DNA from: Capsulimonadaceae bacterium
GTDB lineage: Bacteria > Armatimonadota > Armatimonadia > Armatimonadales > Capsulimonadaceae
Length of the DNA stretch: 64,000 bases
Assembly (NCBI GenBank): GCA_965215505.1
Contig: OZ244065.1
Span: forward strand, 4,224,001 to 4,288,000
Direction of reading: 5' to 3'
In this document: piece by piece, positions 46,802-59,690 of the stretch
Position numbering within the stretch: position 1 is the stretch's first letter
How the letters are laid out: every line of letters begins with the position of its first letter
Program-made: the position numbers and the translations under genes
Notes under the pieces: model-generated
The model's input: the letters and a program-made list of their open reading frames with translations, nothing else
Told to the model about the DNA's origin: nothing
Databases searched by the model: none

Positions 46802-48661
46802 ATGAAACACCGAAAAACGTCCCGAGAAACATCCCGAGAAACATCCCGAAAGGCACCCGCAGTAGCCGCCTTCTGCCTCGGATTGGCCGGCGCTCTCGGG
46901 ACCGTCACACCAGCACATGCGGGTACGCCCCCTGCACCGCACCTCCGCGCCGAAGCCGACTCCTTCTTTGTCCAGACCCTGGCCGACAGGCCCGCGTCGG
47001 GCCGCGCCCCCGTCATCGTGAAGCTCGCGCTGGGGGGTCTGACGCCCGCCCGGCAGGCCGCGCTCGCCCGGCTCGGGGCGGGCGTGACGCGCCACCTGGG
47101 CTTCATCGGCTCGGTCGCCGTCACCGTGCCGGACCGCAATCTGGACCGGCTGGCCGCCCTGCCGTTCGTGTCGCACCTGTCCGTGGACGGCCAGGTCCAC
47201 AAGTGCGACGAGTTCACCTGCGCCTCCAGTGGGGCCGACACCGCCTACCAGCAGTACGGGCTGACCGGGGCGGGCGTCACCGTCGCCGTCGTGGACAGCG
47301 GCATCACTTCTTCAAGGGATTTGAACGGCAACTCCTGGAATGCGGGCGGCAACTCCCGGAACGGTCGCCTTCAGGGGGCGGTCAGCTTCGTTCCGGGCGA
47401 CTCCAGCACGGACGACGCCTGCGGGCACGGCTCCCATGTCGCCGGCATCATCGCCGGGAACGGCTCCAACTCTTCGGGCTTCGGATATTCGCACACCTAC
47501 TACGGCGCGGCGCGGAATGCCAGCCTGGTGAACGTGCGCGTGCTGGACCAGTACGGCATGGGCAGCGTCAGCACGGTGCTGGCGGGCATCCAGTGGGTGG
47601 TGGCCCACAAGAACGATAACGCGAACGCGCCGATCCGGGTCTTGAACCTGTCTCTGGGGCATCCTGTGGGCGAGAGCTACAAGACCGACCCGCTCTGCCA
47701 GGCCGTCGAGGCCGCCTACCGGGCGGGCATCGTCGTCGTCTGCGCCGCAGGCAACGGCGGGCGGGCGAGCCTCTGGAACACAGCGGGCGCGGCTAATGAG
47801 GGGTGGGGGACGGCCTACGGCTCCATCAACTCGCCCGGCAACGACCCCTATGTCATCACGGTGGGTGCGACCAAGAGCAACGACGGCGTCCGCGTCCATG
47901 ACACCATCGCCACCTATTCCAGCCGGGGGCCGAGCCGCCTGGACCTGGTGCTGAAGCCCGACATCATCGCGCCCGGCAACAAGGTCATCTCCGTCTGCTC
48001 CAACGGCAGCACCCTCGACACCTATGCGGGCGGCACCAATGACATCCCCATGTCTACCTACTCCCGGTTTCCCATGCCCATGACTTCGTGGAACTACTTC
48101 CGTTTGTCGGGCACTTCCATGGCCGCGCCCGTCGTGGCGGGGGCGGCGGCCCTGCTGCTCCAGGCTAGCCCGAACCTGACGCCCGACACCGTCAAGGCTC
48201 GCCTGATGGTCGCCGCCGACAAGTGGGCCGCCCCCGCCGCCAGCGGTACGCCGACCGGCCTGGCCGACCCATGCACCTACGGGGCGGGCTACCTCAACAT
48301 CCCCGCCGCCCTCGCCAGCACGGTGACGGCGTCCGCGCCCGCCCTCAGCCCCACGCTGACCTACGACGCCAAAGGCAACGTGAGTATCGTCGCTTCGAGC
48401 ATGACTTCGGCCTCGCACGTCATCTGGGGCACCAGCGCCGTCAACGACCTGCACGTCATTTGGGGGACCAGCGCCATTTCGGGCAGCAGCACACTGGCGG
48501 CCTCGCACGTCATCTGGGGGACCAGCGTTTTCACCAACACCACCACCTGGGCGTTCAGCACCGGCGCTGCGGACCTCTCCGCTTCCGCCCTCTACGGCGA
48601 GGGGGCCGCCGTCCAGGCCTTCCAGGCGAATGCCTGCCCCGCGCCGGCAAGCGCGAATTAA
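46802..48661 (+). CDS. S8 subtilisin-like serine peptidase 2 with C-terminal HVIWG repeats
   Basis: Triad VVDSG / GHGSHVAG / GTSMAAP; 3x HVIWG; ATG 46802 after GAGGGA; N-terminal TSRE tandem repeat. Confidence 0.93.
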   Translation: MKHRKTSRETSRETSRKAPAVAAFCLGLAGALGTVTPAHAGTPPAPHLRAEADSFFVQTLADRPASGRAPVIVKLALGGLTPARQAALARLGAGVTRHLGFIGSVAVTVPDRNLDRLAALPFVSHLSVDGQVHKCDEFTCASSGADTAYQQYGLTGAGVTVAVVDSGITSSRDLNGNSWNAGGNSRNGRLQGAVSFVPGDSSTDDACGHGSHVAGIIAGNGSNSSGFGYSHTYYGAARNASLVNVRVLDQYGMGSVSTVLAGIQWVVAHKNDNANAPIRVLNLSLGHPVGESYKTDPLCQAVEAAYRAGIVVVCAAGNGGRASLWNTAGAANEGWGTAYGSINSPGNDPYVITVGATKSNDGVRVHDTIATYSSRGPSRLDLVLKPDIIAPGNKVISVCSNGSTLDTYAGGTNDIPMSTYSRFPMPMTSWNYFRLSGTSMAAPVVAGAAALLLQASPNLTPDTVKARLMVAADKWAAPAASGTPTGLADPCTYGAGYLNIPAALASTVTASAPALSPTLTYDAKGNVSIVASSMTSASHVIWGTSAVNDLHVIWGTSAISGSSTLAASHVIWGTSVFTNTTTWAFSTGAADLSASALYGEGAAVQAFQANACPAPASAN

Positions 48662-48676
48662 CCGGCAAAGCCCCGC

Positions 48677-48727
48677 GCCCGCCCCCTGCATAGTCTTCCA
48701 CCCGTGGAGGCGCAGGCGGCGGGCTTT
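48677..48727 (+). terminator. Terminator-like hairpin after peptidase 2
   Basis: GCCCGCCCCCTGC...GCAGGCGGCGGGC-TTT. Confidence 0.6.
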
Positions 48728-48745
48728 CTCGTGTCCCGCCCCTCC

Positions 48746-48810
48746 TTTTCCCGCACTCCTCCTTTTCCCGCACTTCTTTCAGTGACGCCCCTTTGCGGGA
48801 CGCCGACAAT
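48746..48810 (+). promoter_or_regulatory. Conserved upstream box of peptidase 3 (no riboswitch follows)
   Basis: TTTTCCCGCACT at 48746 and 48763, TCAGTG, GCCGACAAT 48802-48810. Confidence 0.7.
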
Positions 48811-48815
48811 TAGCC

Positions 48816-50591
48816 ATGAGGAAGTCGTCTCCGAGACGACCACCAGGAAGAAGCCATGCTGAACCAAAAAAATCGACAACAATGCGCCCGGAAGCGCCCA
48901 TCCTTGCCGCACTCTCCCTTGGCCTGGTCAGTGCCTTACTGACCGGCCCGGCGGCTCAAGCGGACGCGCCCGCCGCGAAGGCCGACACCGCCCGGCTCCT
49001 GGCCGCCGGGCCGACAGCGGCCCGCGCCCCCGTCATCGTGAAGCTCGCGCCGGGGGGTCTGACGCCCGCCCGGCAGGCCGCGCTCGCCCGGCTCGGGGCG
49101 GGCGTGACGCGCCACCTGGGCTTCATCGGCTCGGTCGCCGTCACCGTGCCGGACCGCAATCTGGACCGGCTGGCCGCCCTGCCGTTCGTGTCGCACCTGT
49201 CCGTGGACGGCCAGGTCCACAAGTGCGACGAGTTCACGGTCGCCGCGAGCGGGGCGGGGGCGGCCTACCAGCAGTACGGGCTGACCGGGCAGGGCGTCAC
49301 CGTCGCCGTCGTGGACAGCGGCGTCCGCAGCAACGCCGACCTGCGGACGCCGGGGTCCGGGAAGCCGCAGCTCCTCGCCTCGCAGAGCTTCATCCCCGGC
49401 GACACCAGCACGGACGACGCCTGCGGGCACGGCACCCACATCGCCGGCATCGTCGCCGGCAACGGCGCGGCCTCTACGGGCAGCCAGTACACCCACACCT
49501 ACTACGGCATCGCCCGGCAGGCCAATCTGGTGAGCGCACGCGTGCTGGACAAGAACGGCGCGGGCAGCGTCAGCACGGTAGTGGCTGGCATCGGGTGGGT
49601 CGTCGCTAACAAGGCGAAATACGGCGTCCGCGTCCTGAACCTGTCGCTGGGGCACCCGGTCGGCGAGAGCTACACCACCGACCCGCTCTGCCAGGCCGTC
49701 GAGGCCGCCTGGAAGGCCGGCATCGTCGTCGTCTGCGCCGCCGGCAACGCCGGGCGGGCCGGTGCCACCAACACAGCGGGCGCGGCCAACGAGGGGTGGG
49801 GGACGGCCTACGGCTCCATCCAGTCTCCGGGCAACGACCCCTACGTCATCACCGTCGGCGCGACCAAGAGCGTGGACGGGAACCGCTGGGACGACAGGGT
49901 CGCTACCTACTCCAGCCGGGGGCCGAGCCGCCTGGACCTGGTGCTGAAGCCCGACATCATCGCGCCCGGCAACCAGGTCATCTCGACGTACTCCTACGGG
50001 AGCATGCTTTTCAACTACAACGTCGCGAACAACAACAGCCTGCCGATACAGACCTACTCGAAGACGGCCTGGAACGGCTATTCCACCGACTACTTCCGTC
50101 TGTCGGGCACTTCCATGGCCGCGCCCGTCGTGGCGGGGGCGGCGGCCCTGCTGCTCCAGGCCAGCCCGAACCTGTCGCCCGACACCGTCAAGGCCCGCCT
50201 GATGATCTCCGCCGACAAGTGGGCCGCCCCCGACGGCACCGGCGACCCCCTCACCTACGGGGCGGGCTACCTCGACATCCCCGCCGCCATCGCAAGCACC
50301 GCGACGGCGAGCCTGCCCGCCCTCAGCCCCGCGTTGACGCTCAACAATGACGGCACCGCCTCCCTCGTCATGGACCGGGCCACCTGGGGCTCCAGCCTGT
50401 GGGGGACCGGCATCACCGACCTGCGGGCCACCTGGGGCAGCTCGGTCAGCGCGGACCGCGCGACCTGGGGCAGCGCCGCGCTGGTCATGGACCGGGCCAC
50501 CTGGGGCAGCAGCGTGTGGGGCGACCGGGCCACCTGGGGCAGCAGCACCGACGCCGTGGATCTCTCCTCGGTCGTCATCAACGGCGAGTGA
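48816..50591 (+). CDS. S8 subtilisin-like serine peptidase 3 with C-terminal RATWG repeats
   Basis: Triad VVDSG / GHGTHIAG / GTSMAAP; 5x RATWG plus 2x SSxWG; start at 48816 or 48882. Confidence 0.93.
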   Translation: MRKSSPRRPPGRSHAEPKKSTTMRPEAPILAALSLGLVSALLTGPAAQADAPAAKADTARLLAAGPTAARAPVIVKLAPGGLTPARQAALARLGAGVTRHLGFIGSVAVTVPDRNLDRLAALPFVSHLSVDGQVHKCDEFTVAASGAGAAYQQYGLTGQGVTVAVVDSGVRSNADLRTPGSGKPQLLASQSFIPGDTSTDDACGHGTHIAGIVAGNGAASTGSQYTHTYYGIARQANLVSARVLDKNGAGSVSTVVAGIGWVVANKAKYGVRVLNLSLGHPVGESYTTDPLCQAVEAAWKAGIVVVCAAGNAGRAGATNTAGAANEGWGTAYGSIQSPGNDPYVITVGATKSVDGNRWDDRVATYSSRGPSRLDLVLKPDIIAPGNQVISTYSYGSMLFNYNVANNNSLPIQTYSKTAWNGYSTDYFRLSGTSMAAPVVAGAAALLLQASPNLSPDTVKARLMISADKWAAPDGTGDPLTYGAGYLDIPAAIASTATASLPALSPALTLNNDGTASLVMDRATWGSSLWGTGITDLRATWGSSVSADRATWGSAALVMDRATWGSSVWGDRATWGSSTDAVDLSSVVINGE

Positions 50592-50607
50592 CCCGGCCGG
50601 CTTCCAT

Positions 50608-50660
50608 GCCCGCCGCCTGCATCGCTTCCCACCCGTGGAGGCGCAGGCGGCGGGCTTTTT
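50608..50660 (+). terminator. Intrinsic terminator after peptidase 3
   Basis: GCCCGCCGCCTGC...GCAGGCGGCGGGC-TTTTT. Confidence 0.8.
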
Positions 50661-50821
50661 CGTGTCACCACCCGGCGGCATGAGCGGCGGGACTAAACGG
50701 GTATAATAAACCGGCAAAAGATGTGGCGCAGGCTTGGGCGGGTGAACCCCGCCGGAGCCTTTTTCGTGCGTCACGCCTCCCGGTGATTTTAGTTGGCGAT
50801 CTTGGAAGGAAGCACTGGCGA

Positions 50822-54580
<3,759 letters not shown>

Positions 54581-54595
54581 GACAAAGAGGGAAAG

Positions 54596-55801
54596 ATGGC
54601 TGGCCGTGACAGGTCTGTATGCGTGACGCTCCTTGCAGCGGCGGCGTTCATAACCGCGCCGGTGTCGCGTGGCGCTCCGGCCACTCCCCAGACGCCTCCA
54701 CCCCCGGCGGGGTGGAGGCGGGGGCCTTCAACCCACGCCGACTATTTCCCCATCGGCGTCTGGCTGCAAAGCCCGAGCAATGCGGCGAAGTACCGGGCGG
54801 CGGGCATCAACCTCTACGTCGGACTATGGCAGGGGCCGACCGAGGAACAACTGGCCGCGCTGAAGGCCGCCGACATGCCGGTCATCTGTGAACAGAACGC
54901 CGTCGGCCTGAAGCACCTGGCCGACCCCGCCATCGTCGGCTGGATGCACCAGGACGAGCCGGACAATGCCCAGCTCGTAACGGACCCCGCGACGGGCAAA
55001 CAGGGCTATGGCCCCTGCGTTCCGCCCGCCCGCATCGTCGCCGATTACGCCCGCCTGCGCGCCGCCGACCCCACGCGCCCCATCCTGCTGAATCTGGGGG
55101 AGGGGGTGGCGAACGACGAGTGGATCGGGCGCGGGGTCGGCGCGTCCCTGGCGGACTACCCTCAGTACATCAAAGGAGCCGACATCATCTCGTTTGATGT
55201 CTACCCGGTGGCAGGCTTGGGCAAGCCCAACGGCGAGAACTACCTGTGGTATGTCGCCAAAGGCGTCACCCGCCTGGCCGGGTGGACAGCGGGCCGGGAG
55301 ACGGTCTGGAACTACATCGAGTGTACGCACATCGGCAGCGACCGAAAGCCTACCCCCGATCAGGTGCGGTCCGAGGTCTGGATGGCGCTCATCCACGGCT
55401 CGCACGGGCTGCTCTACCTCGTCCATGAGTTCCAGCCGAAGTTCAACGAACACGCCCTGCTGGACGACGCCCCCATGCTCGCCGCCGTCACTAAGATCAA
55501 CCAGCAGGTCCAGGCGCTCGCCTCCGTTCTGAACAGCCCCACTCTTGCTCAGGCCGCCACGGTGCATTCCTCCTCGGAGCAGACCCCCATTGACCTGATG
55601 GTGAAGCGGCAGGGAAAGGCGACCTACCTGTTCGCAGTCGGCATGCGGAACAGCGCGGCGTCGGGGGCGTTCACCGTTCAGGGCCTGCCCAAGACGGCCC
55701 GTGCCGAAGTCATCGGCGAGGCCCGGACGATCACGGTAAAAGGCGGCAAGTTCAGCGACGCCTTCGGCCCATACGCGGTCCACCTCTACCGAATCTTGTA
55801 G
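54596..55801 (+). CDS. Secreted glycoside-hydrolase-like protein
   Basis: Signal peptide; FPIGVW, GWMHQDEPDN, SFDVYP, WNYIE, W.ALIHG; family assignment uncertain. Confidence 0.6.
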   Translation: MAGRDRSVCVTLLAAAAFITAPVSRGAPATPQTPPPPAGWRRGPSTHADYFPIGVWLQSPSNAAKYRAAGINLYVGLWQGPTEEQLAALKAADMPVICEQNAVGLKHLADPAIVGWMHQDEPDNAQLVTDPATGKQGYGPCVPPARIVADYARLRAADPTRPILLNLGEGVANDEWIGRGVGASLADYPQYIKGADIISFDVYPVAGLGKPNGENYLWYVAKGVTRLAGWTAGRETVWNYIECTHIGSDRKPTPDQVRSEVWMALIHGSHGLLYLVHEFQPKFNEHALLDDAPMLAAVTKINQQVQALASVLNSPTLAQAATVHSSSEQTPIDLMVKRQGKATYLFAVGMRNSAASGAFTVQGLPKTARAEVIGEARTITVKGGKFSDAFGPYAVHLYRIL

Positions 55802-55821
55802 GGGCGCGATTCATCGCGCCC
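55798..55821 (+). repeat. GTAG-type REP-like palindrome
   Basis: GTAGGGGCGCGATTCATCGCGCCC. Confidence 0.65.
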
Positions 55822-55837
55822 TCCGTAGGAGACCAGC

Positions 55838-57823
55838 ATGGCAATCGCGGATGACGTGTTTGTGGCGGCAGTCAAGGCGGGCGACGTTCCCGCCGTGGAA
55901 AGCCTGCTGGAACAAGGCGCGGACGTCAACGCCCGGACCGAGCGCGGCGGCACGGGCCTGATGATCGCCGCAAGGGTGGGCGACCTCAACCTTGTCCGCC
56001 TGCTGTTGGCACACGGCGCTGAGGTCAACATCCGAAACCAGATGGGCCAAAGTGCGTTGCTGACTGCGCTGACCCAGTGGACGCTGACTGAAAAGAACGC
56101 CGCCATTGCTGAGGCGCTGCTTGAGGCCGGGGCGGATCTCGATGCCCGCAACCATGCCGGTTATACGGCTCTGCGCTTGGCCGCCCAAGGCGGCATGTGT
56201 GGGATCGTGCGGCGGCTTATTGCCGCCGGTGCCGAGGTCAACACTGCCGACGATCGCGGCACGAGCGCACTGATGGGTGCCGTGATGCGCGGGCATGGCG
56301 AGACGGTTTCTGTCCTGCTTCAAGCCGGGGCCGACCCGAACACGGCGGGCGAGTTCGGCCTCACCGCGCTTGCGTCAGCAGTGTCCAAGGGCAACGCTGA
56401 AATAGTCGCCTTGCTGCTTGAATCAGGAGCGGACACCAGGTACAAAGACCGTCCTTTTTCGGTTGCCCTGCTGGCCCAGAAAAAGCCCGAGATCCTATCG
56501 CTCATCAAGGCCGCCGCCGGGACGAACCTGCACGACGCTGCGAAGGCGGGCGACCTGCCCGCCGTGGCCGCTCTGCTCTCCGGCGGGGCGGACGTGGACG
56601 CCAAAGACGACGACGGGCGGACGGCCCTGATGGTGGCGTCTGAGGAAGGGCAGGCCGAATGCCTCACGCTCCTGCTGGACCACCACGCCGCCGTCAATGT
56701 CCTGGACCGGCTCGGCTTCACGGCCCTGATCCGCGCCTCCATCAAGGGCCAGGTCGGGGCCGTCCGCCTGCTGCTGGGACACGGTGCGGACGTCAACATC
56801 TCAGGACGCTGGGGACACACCGCCCTGGAACGCGCCGCCCTGGGGGGCAAGGAAGAGGTCGTCGCGCTGCTGGTCGAGGCCGGCGCGGAGGTGCGCTTCG
56901 TCGAGGCCATGCTGCTCGGCGATCTGGACTCCGTGCTGTTCCTCCTGGGCGAAGGCACGGACATCAACACGACCACCAGGAGCGGCCTGACCGCGCTCAT
57001 GGCGGCGACGGCGCGCGAGGACGGCCCCGCCCTGCGGCTGCTGCTGGAACGGGGCGCGGACCCGAACCGCTTTGATACCCTGGGTCGGTCCGCGCTGACC
57101 TGGGCGATCAACAAGGGCCGTGCCGACCTCGTGGGCCTCCTCCTGACGCACGGCGCGGACGTCAATGCCCAGAGCGACGAGGGCGGCGCGGCCCTCAAGG
57201 CGGCGGTACGGGCCAACGACGCCGAGATGGTCCGTCTGCTGATCGCGCGTGGCGCGAACGTGGAGGGCCGCGACAAGCGCGGCTGGACCGCCCTGCATGA
57301 TGCCGTTCTGGCGGCGCGTCGGGGCGACGCCCAGGTCATCCCCGTCCTGCTGGAAGCGGGCGCAGACATCAATGCCCTGAACGCGCGCGGCCAGACGCCG
57401 CTCATCGCCGCCGCCGCTTTCGGCAGTCTGGAGGCCGTGCGCGTCCTGCTGAGGCACGGCGCGGACGCCTCCCGCCGGGACGCCTCCGGGCTGACGGCCC
57501 TGGCGGCGGCGCACACCCACCCGGAAGTCGTGGCCCTGCTGAGGGAGGCCGGCCCGAAGGAAGACAGCCTGTTTGATGCGGCTGAAGAAGGCGACGCGGC
57601 CCAACTGCTTTCGCTTCTTGCGTCACGGGGAGACATCAACGCGAAAGACGAGCAGGGCCGCACCGTTCTGGAAGCGGCGGCCTCCGCGCGCCATTTCGAT
57701 CTCGTGCGCCTGCTGCTGGACAGAGGCGCATCGGTCAGTCCAGAAAGCCGCCTGACGATCACCCTGTCGGCGCGTGCCGCTGGACGCAAGGACATCGTCG
57801 CGCGGCTCCAACAGGATTCTTAA
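55838..57823 (+). CDS. Ankyrin repeat protein
   Basis: Many G.TAL..A....V..LL..GADVN repeats. Confidence 0.95.
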   Translation: MAIADDVFVAAVKAGDVPAVESLLEQGADVNARTERGGTGLMIAARVGDLNLVRLLLAHGAEVNIRNQMGQSALLTALTQWTLTEKNAAIAEALLEAGADLDARNHAGYTALRLAAQGGMCGIVRRLIAAGAEVNTADDRGTSALMGAVMRGHGETVSVLLQAGADPNTAGEFGLTALASAVSKGNAEIVALLLESGADTRYKDRPFSVALLAQKKPEILSLIKAAAGTNLHDAAKAGDLPAVAALLSGGADVDAKDDDGRTALMVASEEGQAECLTLLLDHHAAVNVLDRLGFTALIRASIKGQVGAVRLLLGHGADVNISGRWGHTALERAALGGKEEVVALLVEAGAEVRFVEAMLLGDLDSVLFLLGEGTDINTTTRSGLTALMAATAREDGPALRLLLERGADPNRFDTLGRSALTWAINKGRADLVGLLLTHGADVNAQSDEGGAALKAAVRANDAEMVRLLIARGANVEGRDKRGWTALHDAVLAARRGDAQVIPVLLEAGADINALNARGQTPLIAAAAFGSLEAVRVLLRHGADASRRDASGLTALAAAHTHPEVVALLREAGPKEDSLFDAAEEGDAAQLLSLLASRGDINAKDEQGRTVLEAAASARHFDLVRLLLDRGASVSPESRLTITLSARAAGRKDIVARLQQDS

Positions 57824-57892
57824 AGACTACTCCCTGCCTGCGTCTTCGGCAGAGCCTGCACCGCTGCCGGCAAGGCGCGGCCCCTGACGAGC

Positions 57893-58046
57893 GCGGCCCG
57901 TGACGAGTGGTTGAAAACCACTCGCTAATAGAAGCGTCCTGCGGACGGGAATACAGCTCCCAAGCCCGGCCCGCGTGGCAATCAGGTCCTCTGTCCACAG
58001 GACACCTTTCCTAGCGAGTAGTTTTCAACCACTCGTCGCGGGCCGC
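57893..58046. repeat. REPIN/MITE-like element: inverted pair of 54-bp units
   Basis: 57893-57946 versus reverse complement of 57993-58046, 46/54 identical; internal palindrome GAGTGGTTGAAAACCACTC. Confidence 0.8.
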
Positions 58047-58113
58047 ACTCGCCATTCCTACCATCTTTCCCCGCAGACTCACCGGAACCGCACTTTCTGC
58101 CGACAATACAGCC

Positions 58114-59631
58114 ATGAGAGTGGCATCCACCGAGAACGGGGCGAGGAAGACGCGCGCGGTGCGGCACCGGCAGGGGTCCGTGACCGACGGGGAGGGGGCC
58201 GCGCCGGACCCGCCGTTCCCCCCGGCGGAGTCCGACTCGCTGATGGAACAGGCCGCCCAGCGCTTCGAGCAGCTCTTCCAGGGCCTGCCGGTCTCCTGCT
58301 TCTGCTACGACGCCGAGGGGCGAATCATGGAGTGGAACCGGGGCAGCGAGGCGCTCTTCGGCCGCCCCGCCGCGTCGGCATTCCTCGCGCCCGTCTGGGA
58401 GGTGGTCGGGCGTCCCGAAGACGCCGAGATATCGCGGGCGATCCTCCGCAGCGTGATCGGCGGCGCGGCCTACGAGGGTTTCGACTGGGAACAGCCCGCG
58501 CCGGGCGGCGGCCCGCCCCGGCACCTGCTGTGCAACGCCTTCCCGATGCGCGACCGGGCGGGGGCGATCACCGGCGGCGTCACCGTCTGTGTGGACATCT
58601 CGGAGCGGGCGCGGGCGGAGCAGGCGCTCTGGGAGAACGAGGAGCGCTGGCAGCTCGCCCTGCGGGGCAACAACGACGGCATTTGGGACTGGAACGCGCG
58701 CGACGGCCAGCTCTTCGTGTCGGCCCGCTGCCGCCAGATCTTTGGGGCCGAGGCGGCGGAAGCCTGCCCGCCGACCGGCGCGGGGGGTGCGACCGGCGGC
58801 GAAGATCTGCCCGACGGGAGGGAGCCGGCGGGCTTCCAAAGGGCTTGGTTCGGGCGGATACATGGGGAAGACCGGCAGGGCGCGTGGGAGGCGTTCGAGG
58901 CGCACCTGGAGGGGCGGGCGGCCTTCTACAACTCGGAACACCGCCTCTGCCTCCCGGACGGCTCCTGCCGGTGGGTGCTGGACCGAGGGCAGGCGCTCTG
59001 GGACCGCGGCGGCACCTTGGTGCGCGTGGCCGGGTCGGTCACGGACGTCACCGAGCGGCGGCGGGTGGAGGAGATGGTCCGGGACCATGCCGTCGTGCTG
59101 GAGTTCCAGAAACAGGCGCTGGAGGAGGCCAACCGGCGGCTGGAGGCGCTCGCCACCGAGGACGGGCTGACGGGCCTGAAGAACCACCGCGCCTTCCAGG
59201 AGCGGCTGGCGATGGAGGCCGAGCGGGCGCGGCGCTACGGACTCCCGCTGTCCGTCGTCCTGCTGGACGTGGACCGGTTCAAGCTGTACAACGACGCCTA
59301 CGGCCACCCCGCCGGGGACGCCGTCCTGCGAACCGTGGCGGCCTGCCTCCAGGCCAGCATCCGCGAGGCGGACCAGGCGGCCCGCTACGGCGGCGAGGAG
59401 TTCGCCCTGATCCTCCCGCACACCCAGGCCGCCGACGCGCTCGTCGTCGCCGCGCGCTGCCGGAAGGCCATCGAGGCCGCCGCCTGGCCCGCCCGTCCGG
59501 TCACGGCGAGCCTCGGCGTCGCCGCGCTTTCCCCGTCCTGCCCCGACCCTGCCGCCCTGATCGCCGCCGCCGACAAGGCCTTGTACCGCTCCAAGCACGA
59601 GGGCCGTAACCGGGTCACCGTCGCCGAATAA
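58114..59631 (+). CDS. PAS-PAS-GGDEF diguanylate cyclase
   Basis: Two PAS/PAC domains; FKLYNDAYGHPAGD, READ I-site, YGGEEF. Confidence 0.92.
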   Translation: MRVASTENGARKTRAVRHRQGSVTDGEGAAPDPPFPPAESDSLMEQAAQRFEQLFQGLPVSCFCYDAEGRIMEWNRGSEALFGRPAASAFLAPVWEVVGRPEDAEISRAILRSVIGGAAYEGFDWEQPAPGGGPPRHLLCNAFPMRDRAGAITGGVTVCVDISERARAEQALWENEERWQLALRGNNDGIWDWNARDGQLFVSARCRQIFGAEAAEACPPTGAGGATGGEDLPDGREPAGFQRAWFGRIHGEDRQGAWEAFEAHLEGRAAFYNSEHRLCLPDGSCRWVLDRGQALWDRGGTLVRVAGSVTDVTERRRVEEMVRDHAVVLEFQKQALEEANRRLEALATEDGLTGLKNHRAFQERLAMEAERARRYGLPLSVVLLDVDRFKLYNDAYGHPAGDAVLRTVAACLQASIREADQAARYGGEEFALILPHTQAADALVVAARCRKAIEAAAWPARPVTASLGVAALSPSCPDPAALIAAADKALYRSKHEGRNRVTVAE

Positions 59632-59641
59632 GGCCGACACA

Positions 59642-59675
59642 AAGACGGCCCGGCGGATGACCGCCGGGCCGTCTT
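59642..59675. terminator. Bidirectional terminator-like hairpin between convergent genes
   Basis: AAGACGGCCCGGCGG-ATGA-CCGCCGGGCCGTCTT. Confidence 0.8.
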
Positions 59676-59690
59676 GCTGCCGCACATGAG

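Noticed and set aside
44193-50660. CRISPR-like array from the recurring intergenic repeats
   Set aside because: Repeats are kilobases apart, flank paralogous genes and are explained as terminators, operators and riboswitches; no cas genes
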